Virus genome (UHGV): UHGV-1373008
Strand: one strand, 5' to 3'
Source: a virus
Length of the DNA stretch: 45,385 nucleotides
Position numbers and translations under genes: made by a program
Shown: piece by piece, positions 26,237 to 35,121 of the stretch
Numbering within the stretch: position 1 is the first letter of the stretch
Layout: each line of letters begins with the position of its first letter
Notes under the pieces: generated by a model
What the model was told of the DNA's origin: nothing
The model's database searches: none
Seen by the model: only the letters and a program-made list of their open reading frames with translations

Positions 26237-27637
26237 ATGATTGTCAAAATTGGCGACAAGTGGGTCGTTAAATCTAAGGATGGCTCGCACCAGTTTGGCG
26301 AGTACGACACCGAAGAGGCGGCGAAAAAGCGCCTTGCTGAGGTTGAGGCATTCAAGCACATGAATAATAAATTACAGGTTAACATCCTGTACACCATCAA
26401 CTCAGCCAGCAACATCAGTGAAAAAATCATTGATGGCGACCCGCATTATGTCATCAAGAATGTTGTGCCGGTGGTAGATGACATTGTCATGAATGGCGGC
26501 CTGTACCCTGGCGATGAGATTAAAAAATCATTCCATGGGCTTGACGGGAAACCAGCGCCATATGACCACCCGAAGATTGACGGCAAATATGTGTCAGCAA
26601 ACATGACGCGAGCCGCTAATCAGTTCAGCGTTGGTGCATGGATTGAGAACTCATCTCATGACGGCAGCAAGGCGCTGGTAGACCTTTATATTAATAAGGT
26701 AGTGGCTGAGCGCTCTGATAAAGGCAAAGAATTGCTGTCGCGTATTGACGGACTCAAAGTTAATAGCGCCGATGCCGAACCTGTTCAGGTGTCTACCGGC
26801 CTGTTACTCAACCGTGAGCAGGCATCAGGAACTTCCAAGGGTAAAAAATATTCCTGGATTGCCAGGAATATGGAGTGGGATCACCTCGCCATTCTTCCGC
26901 CTGGTATTCCCGGCGCTGGCGGCCCTGCTGATGGTGTCGGTATCTTTGCTGCTAACGGCGAAGATATTGAGCGTGTTGTAGTTAACCTTGAGGAATCGGC
27001 AATGACCGACGAAAGTGCAAACAAAATCAAGTGGTGGCAGCGCGCCATCAATCGCCTGACTGGCAATCAACTGTCATTCACTGATATTACCGAGCAGCTC
27101 CGCAATATCATCAAGGCAGAGACTCAGGCTGATGTATGGCCCTATATCGTCGCCGTTTATGATAATTACTTCGGCGTTGAGATTGACGGCACCATTTATA
27201 TGCAGTCCTACATCGTCCGTGAGGATATGGTAGAATTAGTCGGTGAACGGGTTAAGGCTGTTTATAAGACAGAGCTTGAACCGGTAAAAACAACTCAAGG
27301 GGAAATCTCAATGACTAACGAGGAATTACAGGCTGTATTAGCCGATGCCCTCAAACCGGTTCAGGAATCGTTGACCGCAGTCAACCAGAAACTGGCCGAT
27401 GTGGAGGCGCAAAACAAAACCCTGCGCGACCAGCTGCAAGCCAATGCCGCACAGGAAGAAACCGCAATGCGCGCCGCCATTATGGCTGAGCTGAAGTTGC
27501 CGGAATCTGCTGTTAATGCGCTGACTGGCGAAGCACTGCGTGAAACCTATGCGCTCACCAGTAAAGCGGCTCCGATTTCCGGCGGGTTCCAGCCGAACCG
27601 TGCCGAAGAAGATTTTGATATGGAGGCACCTGAATAA
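26237..27637 (+). CDS. Scaffolding / prohead core protein (possible protease-scaffold fusion; C-terminal coiled coil)
   Basis: 466 aa, between the portal/MuF genes and the decoration/capsid genes. The C-terminal third is a Q/A/E-rich coiled coil. Confidence 0.5.
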   Translation: MIVKIGDKWVVKSKDGSHQFGEYDTEEAAKKRLAEVEAFKHMNNKLQVNILYTINSASNISEKIIDGDPHYVIKNVVPVVDDIVMNGGLYPGDEIKKSFHGLDGKPAPYDHPKIDGKYVSANMTRAANQFSVGAWIENSSHDGSKALVDLYINKVVAERSDKGKELLSRIDGLKVNSADAEPVQVSTGLLLNREQASGTSKGKKYSWIARNMEWDHLAILPPGIPGAGGPADGVGIFAANGEDIERVVVNLEESAMTDESANKIKWWQRAINRLTGNQLSFTDITEQLRNIIKAETQADVWPYIVAVYDNYFGVEIDGTIYMQSYIVREDMVELVGERVKAVYKTELEPVKTTQGEISMTNEELQAVLADALKPVQESLTAVNQKLADVEAQNKTLRDQLQANAAQEETAMRAAIMAELKLPESAVNALTGEALRETYALTSKAAPISGGFQPNRAEEDFDMEAPE

Positions 27638-28101
27638 TGGCTACTATCCGTTATGGCACCATCATCGGCGGCCCGGCCCGCAAAAATGACCCGCAGTTGC
27701 GCGAAGGTCTGATGAACGTCGCCCTGCAACCTGGCGCACTGGTCGACTTCAACTCCTCAGACAAAATCATCGCGCATGCGACTGATGGCGGTCAGGGTTT
27801 CCCCTACGTTCTGCAACACAACTATGTTGGTGGCGGTGACGTGAGTGAAGCTGTACCGGCGAATGCTACCGGCATGGCAGTACAATGCGAATTTGGCGTA
27901 ACGTATCACGCTCTGGTTGCGGCATCCTCCGTGCTGGTAAAAGGTACTCCGCTGGCAAGCGATGGCTCCGGCGCGTTAAAGGTTGCAGAAGCAGGAGAAA
28001 ATATCCTGTTTTATGCGTATGAAGCCTACACCGTAGCATCTGATGGCGCTGAACTCGTTGCAGTTCGTCGTGCTGGCAATGCTGCAATGCCTGCGGCGTA
28101 A
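27637..28101 (+). CDS. Putative head decoration protein
   Basis: 154 aa, G/A-rich. Position between scaffold and major capsid as in lambda (Nu3-D-E order). Confidence 0.4.
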   Translation: MATIRYGTIIGGPARKNDPQLREGLMNVALQPGALVDFNSSDKIIAHATDGGQGFPYVLQHNYVGGGDVSEAVPANATGMAVQCEFGVTYHALVAASSVLVKGTPLASDGSGALKVAEAGENILFYAYEAYTVASDGAELVAVRRAGNAAMPAA

Positions 28102-28112
28102 GGAGCCGAACA

Positions 28113-29201
28113 ATGGAAAAGATTATCTTTACGAAAGGCCTGATCACCAACTCGCAGGTGGTCAGAGAGCAGTGGCGCCACCTGACTGTTGACCGCAAGG
28201 TTTTCATCAATGGTGAAAACGCTCTGGCGAAAGAATACGGCGTGAACGCCACCGCACTGGTAACGAAAGACTACTGGCGCGAAGTGGACGATGTGACCAC
28301 CCGTGTCTTCCGCAATGAGTCCGGCATGGACATGATGGCCGACCTGATGACGCTGGCGACCAACATCAACATCGGCAAGACCGTGGCAGTTAGCCGTATG
28401 GCTTCCGACGCTGGTAAGGTTGTGCGCACCATCTCCGGGCAGGAGCCTGAAGACCTGGATAAAACCCGCTACTCCTACAGCGGCGATGTAATCCCGATCT
28501 TCAAAACCGGTTATGGCCGTGAGTGGCGTGAGCTGCTGGGTATGCAATCTGAAGGTTTCGACCCGCTGATTGATGACCAGGAAAACACCACCTTCAACCT
28601 GCGCGCAGACATGGCGGATTATCTGCTGGTCGGCGATGCAAGCCTGAACGTGAACGGCGTTTATACTGCTTACGGCATCACCAACCACCCGAACACCGTG
28701 CAGCTTAACCTGAGTGCCTCCGGTACTGGCGAGCTGAACATCGACCTGCAAACTGCAACCCCTGATGAAATCGTTAAGTTCTTCAACCAGGATTTCCAGG
28801 CGGTTCTGGATACGCAGAACGTGTTCGAGCCGGTTACTCTGTGGGTTTCTCCGGCCGTGCGCCGATCCTTCAGCCGCCCGTACTCCAACGCGGCAGGCTT
28901 CAAAGGCGGCACCATTGAGGATTATATCCTCGCATTCGGCAAAACCGGCAACGTTGGCCGCATCGCGTCTATCGGCACCAACTTCAAGCTGACCGGGAAC
29001 CATTTCGTCGGCTATGTGAAGAATGCGCTGTATATCCGCCCTCGCGTCGCTCAGCCGGTATCCACCTATGCAGAGCCGCGTACCACGCCGCACGCTAACT
29101 TTAACTTTTTAACGTGGGCTGCTATGGGTTTGCAAATTCGCCGGGATTTCTCGGGCCGAAGCAAGGTGTTCAACGGCTACGGCACGCAAACCGCGCTGTA
29201 A
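28113..29201 (+). CDS. Major capsid protein (lambda gpE-like family)
   Basis: 362 aa. Position. Strong terminator follows. Confidence 0.65.
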   Translation: MEKIIFTKGLITNSQVVREQWRHLTVDRKVFINGENALAKEYGVNATALVTKDYWREVDDVTTRVFRNESGMDMMADLMTLATNINIGKTVAVSRMASDAGKVVRTISGQEPEDLDKTRYSYSGDVIPIFKTGYGREWRELLGMQSEGFDPLIDDQENTTFNLRADMADYLLVGDASLNVNGVYTAYGITNHPNTVQLNLSASGTGELNIDLQTATPDEIVKFFNQDFQAVLDTQNVFEPVTLWVSPAVRRSFSRPYSNAAGFKGGTIEDYILAFGKTGNVGRIASIGTNFKLTGNHFVGYVKNALYIRPRVAQPVSTYAEPRTTPHANFNFLTWAAMGLQIRRDFSGRSKVFNGYGTQTAL

Positions 29202-29206
29202 AAATA

Positions 29207-29228
29207 AAGGGGCGAAAGCCCCTTTTAA
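29207..29228 (+). terminator. Rho-independent terminator (AAGGGGC-GAAA-GCCCCTT + TT)
   Basis: Stem-loop directly after the capsid stop. Confidence 0.65.
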
Positions 29229-29243
29229 CTATCAGAGGTTATC

Positions 29244-29438
29244 ATGGCTAAATACGAAGTTATCGCCAGCGGAATCTTTGTCAAGGATAAAGACGGTCGC
29301 CTGCGTGAGCTTGCTATTGGCGATATCATTGACGAATCAAGCCCGCACATTGAGTCAAAACTTCGCCCGGTTAGTGAGAAGATTCTGGAAGTGGCAACCC
29401 CACAAGAATCACAGCCAAAGGCGAAGAAAACTAAATAG
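29244..29438 (+). CDS. Hypothetical protein (64 aa)
   Basis: ORF track. Confidence 0.45.
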   Translation: MAKYEVIASGIFVKDKDGRLRELAIGDIIDESSPHIESKLRPVSEKILEVATPQESQPKAKKTK

Positions 29439-29470
29439 AAAAGCCCCGCGAGGGGCTTTGGTTTATTTTA
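29439..29470. terminator. Bidirectional terminator (AAGCCCC-GCGAG-GGGGCTT + TGGTTTATTTT)
   Basis: Stem-loop between convergent transcription units. Confidence 0.7.
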
Positions 29471-29603
29471 GCGTGAACCAAACCTTATCTTCTTTTTCAT
29501 GCAAGTGGTCGCGCTCTTTTGGTTCTGGAAAATCCTTTGGGTCTAACCCCATCTCGCAAGCAGTATCAAAAGAAACATCATCTTCGTCAATGCTGTCACT
29601 CAT
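29463..29603 (-). CDS. Small acidic protein (46 aa), last gene of the minus-strand ParB/DnaN-like operon
   Basis: Open frame starting 3 nt after the DnaN-like stop and ending in the terminator. Confidence 0.3.
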   Translation of the reverse strand: MSDSIDEDDVSFDTACEMGLDPKDFPEPKERDHLHEKEDKVWFTLK

Positions 29604-29605
29604 CA

Positions 29606-30142
29606 CTAAATCCTCATTGGCATAACGATAACTTTTGCAGTCTCTCCAGTAGGCGCACTGATGTTTGCGACGGCGGTGCTGGTGTTGCCATTCAACTCAA
29701 ATAGCACCGCTTCAAATTTCGGGTTAAACAACTTCGCCAGCTTCTCAACATCGGCAAGATATTTGGCATTGAAGCCAATCTGTTCTGCTGGCGCGGCCTG
29801 CTTAGGAATGATGCGATCAATATCAGGGTAATTGCCGTCAACCTCAGAGCAAATACCTGCGCCAACCAGCACATCAAAATTGTTATGATAAGTGACAATC
29901 TTTGCCATGGTATCAATCACCGCATATGAATAATTTTTTGTCGGCGACTTGCTTATCGACACGATGACGTTACTTTTTATTTTGTTTTCATGCTTACTGG
30001 CAATCATGGCGCGATGACCGTCAGTAGCGGCAACTCGACCATCAGGCATAAAGCAAATGCCATTCAGGTAGTAACGCACATCCTGTTTGTCTTGAAATAT
30101 CAAAGCACCTTCAAGGAGTAACTTGCTAACTTTTAATTTCAT
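29606..30142 (-). CDS. Truncated DNA polymerase III beta (DnaN) sliding-clamp homologue (178 aa, roughly domain II plus a shortened domain III)
   Basis: QDVRYYLNGICFMPDG..VAATDGHRAMIAS versus E. coli DnaN QDVRYYLNGMLFETEG..RTVATDGHRLAVCS. C-terminus AKVIVMPMRI versus AAYVVMPMRL. Confidence 0.7.
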   Translation of the reverse strand: MKLKVSKLLLEGALIFQDKQDVRYYLNGICFMPDGRVAATDGHRAMIASKHENKIKSNVIVSISKSPTKNYSYAVIDTMAKIVTYHNNFDVLVGAGICSEVDGNYPDIDRIIPKQAAPAEQIGFNAKYLADVEKLAKLFNPKFEAVLFELNGNTSTAVANISAPTGETAKVIVMPMRI

Positions 30143-30315
30143 CACTTCACCTTTATCATGTGTTGTTTTGCAACCTTCAGGCATTCATCGAAAATCTTGC
30201 CATTCTTTTCACTCTGGTTGCTCCTGTAGTGGGTAATTGCGGCCTCTATAGCCGCGTTGTCGATGCCTGGCAGTTTTTCGCGCAGGTTTTTCTCTATGAA
30301 TTGCTCGTGGTTCAT
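30142..30315 (-). CDS. Small hypothetical protein (57 aa), coupled between the ParB-like and DnaN-like genes
   Basis: TGATG overlaps at both ends. Confidence 0.35.
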   Translation of the reverse strand: MNHEQFIEKNLREKLPGIDNAAIEAAITHYRSNQSEKNGKIFDECLKVAKQHMIKVK

Positions 30316-31130
30316 CACAGCTTCTCCAGAATCGCCAGCACTTCATTCAACTCAGCAGAAGGAAGGCGCAAAAATTCTTCTGTCTCCTGTGCCACATGCC
30401 CCTCGGCTACCACCATGTGATCTGCTTCTTTCAGCAACTGAATCAGGCGGTCAATCGGCTTAACTTTTTTGGCCTTGAGGGTTTTCGCCGTCACCTTATC
30501 TTTTCCCTGCGCTTTCGCTTCCTCAACGGCTGCATCAATAACGTTAACAGCATCATCGCCATGCTCACGTGCTACCGCAACGGCGTTGGCATAGCTGATT
30601 TGGCCTGCATTGATGCGTTGCTTGATGGCATCAGGTACATCACCAAGTGACAGGTGCATCTGCACATCAGAAACTGAGCGACCAACCTTCTTGGCGATTT
30701 CTTCATTCGTCCATCCGAACCCTTTCAGGCGCACATAAGCCTTTGCACGCTCAAGCGGGTCAAGCTGCTTTCCTTGACTGGATGACACCATGAAGGCGAT
30801 TTTATCCGCTTCATCGCCGGTGAAGTCTTTGCACTCAATGCGCGCAATTGGTATTCCGCGCTCAATGGCACGCAGTGCGCCAAGGTAACGATGCTGGCCG
30901 TCAAGAATCTTGATACGCTTTCCGTCGGCATCAGGAATAACAGTTAACGCAGGGATTGGCTGGCCTGATTCCCAGCACTGCGCGAAGTATTCAACGTGCT
31001 GCTCATCGGCTTCGCGGATGTTGTACCCCGGCTCAAGATAAAGCTGATCGACAGGAACCTGATAACCTTTGTTGACCACGATTCCGCCGCGAGTTTCTTT
31101 GTCTGAGTAAATTTTTCCGAGAGATGTCAT
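30315..31130 (-). CDS. ParB/Srx-like nuclease-domain protein
   Basis: ParB N-terminal motif KILDGQHRYLGA. Start at an internal ATG with RBS GAGGAAAAG. Confidence 0.7.
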   Translation of the reverse strand: MTSLGKIYSDKETRGGIVVNKGYQVPVDQLYLEPGYNIREADEQHVEYFAQCWESGQPIPALTVIPDADGKRIKILDGQHRYLGALRAIERGIPIARIECKDFTGDEADKIAFMVSSSQGKQLDPLERAKAYVRLKGFGWTNEEIAKKVGRSVSDVQMHLSLGDVPDAIKQRINAGQISYANAVAVAREHGDDAVNVIDAAVEEAKAQGKDKVTAKTLKAKKVKPIDRLIQLLKEADHMVVAEGHVAQETEEFLRLPSAELNEVLAILEKL

Positions 31131-31137
31131 CTTTTCC

Positions 31138-31254
31138 TCACTTTGATAAACAGATTGCGCTGGCAATGGCGAATCCGATAACGATTAATGCCAGCTTGAT
31201 TTTGAAATTGCGCCATGCTTTCAGGTCTTCTTTGCGGATTTCGTGGCGGATCAT
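31138..31254 (-). CDS. Small membrane peptide (38 aa; charged N-terminus, hydrophobic C-terminus)
   Basis: ATGA-coupled to the upstream gene. Sequence MIRHEIRKEDLKAWRNFKIKLALIVIGFAIASAICLSK. Confidence 0.3.
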   Translation of the reverse strand: MIRHEIRKEDLKAWRNFKIKLALIVIGFAIASAICLSK

Positions 31255-31520
31255 TTTGATTCTCCGAGTGCTTTGGCGATTGCTGCTTTAGCTTTCGAGG
31301 TGTTAACGTAGACACATGCGCGAGCCTCCAAATCCAGCAGCGCTTCCAGCAATTCAGGCGCTGCGGCAATGAGCTGTGCATCATGGATGTTCTGAATATC
31401 TTCTATCGTGTCGTATGGGCCCTCTGCTGGGATATCAACATCTATTGATGTAAGTCTATTGCGAAGTCTCCACGGCCCCGGCGTACCTTTGAATTCATTC
31501 ATCTTCATCACCTCTAACAT
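31251..31520 (-). CDS. Hypothetical protein (89 aa), first gene of the minus-strand operon
   Basis: ORF track. Promoter TTGACG-N17-TATAGT immediately upstream. Confidence 0.5.
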   Translation of the reverse strand: MLEVMKMNEFKGTPGPWRLRNRLTSIDVDIPAEGPYDTIEDIQNIHDAQLIAAAPELLEALLDLEARACVYVNTSKAKAAIAKALGESK

Positions 31521-31530
31521 TTATTGTTGT

Positions 31531-31587
31531 TTCTACGTCATCACTATAGCTACACCCTCAATCTACGTCAACACTTTATGATAAAAT
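31531..31587. promoter_or_regulatory. Divergent control region: minus-strand promoter TTGACGTAGATTGAG-N8-TATAGT (reverse complement of 31543-31571) and plus-strand extended -10 TGATAAAAT (31579-31587); two motif copies
   Basis: Same 15-mer as the promoter at 9925. Confidence 0.6.
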
Positions 31588-31732
31588 TAAACCAACAACA
31601 CTCACCCCGCGCTGTTCCGTCCTGAAAAACGTAAGGCGGCGAAATTGGATATAGCAATCGGCGTTATCGTCATAGCGTTTTCGCTGGTTCAGGTGTACAG
31701 ATGCTGGAAGTTCATCATTCGGAGAATAATTA

Positions 31733-32020
31733 ATGAGAGACGCGTTTCAGCACGCCGCAAACCAGATAATTAGTGGCACTGTCGGCCAGGTAATCGACAA
31801 AGCCGGTTATACATCCATCGGCACGGGCCTTGGCCTGAAGGTGGCAGAGCAGACGCCGGTCGCACAATCATACATTGCCTCAATGATCCCCCATTCGATT
31901 ACCGAGTGGGCAGCGGTAGCCTCTATACTTGGCGCGCTGTCACTGGTGGCAAAAAACCTTTTTGAGATGTGGTGGAAGATTCGGGAGAGTAAAAAGAATG
32001 GCAGCACCGACAGCAAGTGA
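31733..32020 (+). CDS. Membrane protein (two transmembrane segments; holin-like topology), function uncertain
   Basis: Hydrophobic segments. First gene of the tail-proximal operon. Confidence 0.35.
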   Translation: MRDAFQHAANQIISGTVGQVIDKAGYTSIGTGLGLKVAEQTPVAQSYIASMIPHSITEWAAVASILGALSLVAKNLFEMWWKIRESKKNGSTDSK

Positions 32021-32390
32021 ACTTGTCTCCGCCATGGCGTCAAGAGGCGTAACCATCACCACGGCAGACGCAACTGGCATCCTGTGTCTGGTGGCGAGCA
32101 TCACAGAGTGCCTTGAGCTTAATTACCCCGAAGACACATGCAGACAGGATGCAATTCTGCTATGGGCATCTATCCTGATCGCCTCAAATACAGCCGGGAG
32201 ATACATCACCAGCCACCGGGCGCCATCTGGTGCGTCGCAGTCATTTGGCTATGGCAGCAAGCCGTGGATGGCCCTTTACAATCAGATGAAACTACTCGAT
32301 ACGGCAGACTGCACAGGCGACCTTGTGGAAGAGCCTGATGGGGCAGCAAAGCCGTGGTTTCGGGTTGTCACCGGGAGCAAGTGCAGATGA
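31998..32390 (+). CDS. Putative head-tail connector / head completion protein
   Basis: Internal ATG after the upstream stop. Position before the head-tail joining genes. Confidence 0.35.
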   Translation: MAAPTASELVSAMASRGVTITTADATGILCLVASITECLELNYPEDTCRQDAILLWASILIASNTAGRYITSHRAPSGASQSFGYGSKPWMALYNQMKLLDTADCTGDLVEEPDGAAKPWFRVVTGSKCR

Positions 32391-32521
32391 AAACGCAAAC
32401 ATTAACTGTAAATATCGCAATCCGTAAATGGTGCCTGCCACTGCTGGTTATTCTGGTATTGCTGCGCCTTCCTGTTCCGCGCTGGGTTTATACTCTTGAG
32501 GCTGCGCCATGTCAGCAATAG
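32387..32521 (+). CDS. Small hydrophobic protein (44 aa)
   Basis: ATGA-coupled open frame below the track cutoff. Confidence 0.25.
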   Translation: MKTQTLTVNIAIRKWCLPLLVILVLLRLPVPRWVYTLEAAPCQQ

Positions 32522-32853
32522 CCAGATGGACTTACACATATCCATGCACAATCTGGCGGCTTACTGGCAAGGATAAGTATGGCAAACCGACATTCGCCGC
32601 GCCAGAGTCCCTCATGTGTGATTATGGCTTCGATAAGAATCTGACCACCGGCACAGCTGGCAATGAGATTGCACAGAAAAACACATTCTGGACGGAATAC
32701 CAGAATGCGTCTGTTGGCGACTTCATCATGCTTGGCACCATCACCACTGCTGACCCGCTGGCCGCCGGAGCTGACCAGATTAGAAACGTTGTGAATTATG
32801 GCAACACACTAAATCGCAACGACCTGCCTGATTTTGCGCTGGTAACGGGGTAA
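32509..32853 (+). CDS. Head-tail joining / head closure protein (putative)
   Basis: 114 aa; position. Confidence 0.4.
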   Translation: MSAIARWTYTYPCTIWRLTGKDKYGKPTFAAPESLMCDYGFDKNLTTGTAGNEIAQKNTFWTEYQNASVGDFIMLGTITTADPLAAGADQIRNVVNYGNTLNRNDLPDFALVTG

Positions 32854-32856
32854 TGT

Positions 32857-33273
32857 ATGGCCGCCAAAATGCGAGGTATCCAGCAGGCGATTAAGCGCAC
32901 TCAGCAGATAGTCGGTGAGATTACTGGCGAGAAGGCAGTGTCAGCAATAAAAGCCGCCACCTACATCATCAGGACTGAATCGGCGTCTATGACTCCAGTA
33001 GCTACATCTGCGCTGATAAACAGCCAGTTTGACACCGTTGAGGTTAATGGCACTCGCATAACTGGAAAGATTGGGTATGCTGCTAATTACGCCCTGTATG
33101 TCCATAATGCACCTGGTAAACTGCTTGGCACGAATACGCCGCGCACAGGACGGCTCAAAGGAAAGGGTAACGTATGGGATAAGAGCGGCGAGCCTAAATT
33201 CCTTCTCAAGGCTGGCGAAAACACACGCGAGCTTGTCGATCAGGTAATTAAAAAAGAGATGACGCTAAAATGA
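32857..33273 (+). CDS. HK97 gp10-like tail-component protein (putative)
   Basis: 138 aa; position between the head-closure and tail-terminator genes. Confidence 0.4.
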   Translation: MAAKMRGIQQAIKRTQQIVGEITGEKAVSAIKAATYIIRTESASMTPVATSALINSQFDTVEVNGTRITGKIGYAANYALYVHNAPGKLLGTNTPRTGRLKGKGNVWDKSGEPKFLLKAGENTRELVDQVIKKEMTLK

Positions 33274-33653
33274 GAGATATGCTTGAACTTGTCGACCAGT
33301 ACCTTAGCGATGCCGGTCTTTATGATGGGTGGACTTCTCAGCTTGAGTTCTGGAACGATACCGAAGTTGGCACCGAGCGCTTTATGGTGCTGCAATCCAA
33401 TGGTGGCACTAGCGTAAGTAAAGGACTCGGCGGAGATTACTATTTTTCGCTCTATGTTGTCGGCCAGCAGGGTCAGTACAACATCGAAGAGACAAAAGCA
33501 AAGGCGCTTGATGTCATCGCATACATCAAAGAGCATCCAGTTGATAGTTGTATTGGCATGATTCAGTTGCAGGCGCCGCTTGGTCGCCCTACGCTTACGA
33601 CAGAGCAGAGGCCGGTTTATGAATTGTTGCTGAGGGTTGTTTTTGGTGAGTAA
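33270..33653 (+). CDS. Tail terminator-like protein (putative)
   Basis: 127 aa; ATGA-coupled; precedes the major tail protein. Confidence 0.4.
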   Translation: MRDMLELVDQYLSDAGLYDGWTSQLEFWNDTEVGTERFMVLQSNGGTSVSKGLGGDYYFSLYVVGQQGQYNIEETKAKALDVIAYIKEHPVDSCIGMIQLQAPLGRPTLTTEQRPVYELLLRVVFGE

Positions 33654-33730
33654 TGGTTACCGCGACAGGATTCGAACCTGTAATCATCCGATTATGAGTC
33701 GGGTGCTTTAACCAGTTAAGCTAAACGGGA
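33654..33730 (-). tRNA. tRNA-Met/Ile2-like (anticodon CAT) with an imperfect acceptor stem (5 of 7 pairs); possibly a degenerate or pseudo-tRNA
   Basis: D-arm GCTT/AAGC, anticodon loop CTCATAA, T-arm ACAGG-TTCGAAT-CCTGT, encoded CCA. The acceptor has C2/U71 and U7/C66 mismatches. Confidence 0.5.
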
Positions 33731-33733
33731 GTT

Positions 33734-33811
33734 TGGTGCACCATACTGGATTCGAACCAGTGACCTACGGATTAGAAGTCCGTTGCTACTATCCTGCTGA
33801 GCTAATGGTGC
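33734..33811 (-). tRNA. tRNA-Arg (anticodon TCT)
   Basis: Acceptor GCACCAT/ATGGTGC, anticodon stem ACGGA/TCCGT, loop CTTCTAA, T-arm ACTGG-TTCGAAT-CCAGT, CCA encoded. Closely parallels E. coli argU. Confidence 0.85.
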
Positions 33812-33828
33812 GTTGCGTTGTTGATTCG

Positions 33829-33868
33829 AATCTACACCACCAATCAAAACCTGTCAACATGATATAAT
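33829..33868. promoter_or_regulatory. Divergent promoters: minus-strand TTGACA-N17-TAGATT (reverse complement of 33829-33857) for the tRNAs; plus-strand extended -10 TGATATAAT (33860-33868) for the tail operon
   Basis: The minus-strand start site is predicted about 10 nt upstream of the tRNA-Arg 5' end. The motif copy GAATCTACACCA contains the -10. Confidence 0.6.
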
Positions 33869-33902
33869 GCGATTGTTTAGCTAAACACAGAGGATTCTAA
33901 AC

Positions 33903-34658
33903 ATGGCTATTTGTGCAAATGATAACGGCATCATCACAGGTCGCCAGTCTCTCATTGAGCTGGCTGATGGCTGCTGGGATGCTGTGCCAGCAGAGGAAGA
34001 CTGGAAGTTTTTTGCTCCCATGACCTCAAAAGGCGTCGACTTCAGTCCAAGCACCACCACTTCAGAGGCTGATGATGGCGATGGCTTTGTCGCCACGCTG
34101 GTCACTACGGCAGACCTCACCATTTCCGGTGATTTTGAAGTTCGCAAGGCTGACAAGGCTGATGAGTATGGCGTGCACAACCTCATCAAATACTTTGTCA
34201 CCGAAGTAAAAGCGCGTCGCCAGCCGTCGCTGTGGGTTCGCCAGACCACCGGTAATACTGTTGTCGTGGCTTACTGCAACATTACCGCTCTGAGCTACGA
34301 TGGCGGCACCAACGACATCATCACCGGCTCTGTTGAACTCAAGCCGTATGATGGCTCTACCGTTGACGTGTCCAGCATCGAAGACCTGACGCTGACTACT
34401 GATATCAGCGCAACAAAAAGCGTTGCCACTGGCGACACTCTGACGCTCGGTCCGGTGGTTGCGGCTGGCGGTGTAGAGCCTTATACCTACCAATGGTATA
34501 AAGGCACCACGCCGATCAGCAGTGCTAATACCAACACGTTCACCAAGGCCACTGCTGCCGCAGGTGATGCTGGTACGTACTTCTGCCGCGTGATGGACTC
34601 GGCAACCAGTCCTGATTACGTTGACTCTACTAAGTGTGTCGTCACCGTGACCGAATAA
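33903..34658 (+). CDS. Major tail protein with C-terminal Ig-like (Big_2-type) domain
   Basis: 251 aa. C-terminal YQWYKG...AGTYFCRV Ig-fold signature as in lambda gpV. Confidence 0.65.
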   Translation: MAICANDNGIITGRQSLIELADGCWDAVPAEEDWKFFAPMTSKGVDFSPSTTTSEADDGDGFVATLVTTADLTISGDFEVRKADKADEYGVHNLIKYFVTEVKARRQPSLWVRQTTGNTVVVAYCNITALSYDGGTNDIITGSVELKPYDGSTVDVSSIEDLTLTTDISATKSVATGDTLTLGPVVAAGGVEPYTYQWYKGTTPISSANTNTFTKATAAAGDAGTYFCRVMDSATSPDYVDSTKCVVTVTE

Positions 34659-34661
34659 AGA

Positions 34662-34689
34662 AAACCCCCGAAAGGGGGTTTATTTTTTC
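34662..34689. terminator. Bidirectional terminator (AAACCCCC-GAAA-GGGGGTTT + ATTTTTTC)
   Basis: Stem-loop. Confidence 0.75.
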
Positions 34690-34842
34690 AGCAATGAAGA
34701 TACGCGGATTCTCCACAATGACAAGTTAGCGAGCGATACCGCTAACTCCATGTGAATCAATCTAAGTTTTTCAATATCAACAAAGACCGGGGCGTTGTAT
34801 TGTTGATTGCTTCTTATGTACTTTGAAATAGTATCAGCATCA

Positions 34843-35121
34843 TTATTGTCGATGGTCATCACCATTCTCGCTGATTGCAGCATCAAGTTGTCGACGCAAC
34901 ATACACAGCGCGCCATGCGGCATAAACTGATTAGCCATGCCATCGAATATCTGCCGGTTTAATTTATTATCAATCCGCGGCCTTATTGCTGACCAGCACG
35001 ACCGTATAGCGCGATTAACCTGGCGGCGGTCGAGCATTGCGAGTCGCGCAGCTAACTCAATGGTAACGAGCGCGTCAAGATACTGCTCGCAGGCATGGCG
35101 ATTTTCGTTATCCATCATCAT
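34843..35121 (-). CDS. Hypothetical protein (92 aa) downstream of an HNH gene
   Basis: ATGA-coupled to the HNH stop. Confidence 0.4.
   Translation of the reverse strand: MMMDNENRHACEQYLDALVTIELAARLAMLDRRQVNRAIRSCWSAIRPRIDNKLNRQIFDGMANQFMPHGALCMLRRQLDAAISENGDDHRQ

Noticed and set aside
31127-31384. 85-aa minus-strand ORF overlapping both the ParB-like start and the 89-aa gene
   Set aside because: It is an alternative frame spanning two better-supported coupled genes. Its basic R/W-rich translation is typical of out-of-frame reading.
33654-33730. tRNA-like element as an attP core or integration remnant
   Set aside because: There is no integrase or recombination directionality factor in the genome. 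The element has its own promoter and sits beside a bona fide tRNA. It is more likely a phage tRNA or pseudo-tRNA.
34680-34943. 87-aa minus-strand ORF overlapping the 92-aa gene by about 100 nt and running into the bidirectional terminator
   Set aside because: Cys-rich odd composition, with the start buried inside the upstream gene. It may instead be a short real terminal gene, but that is unresolved.
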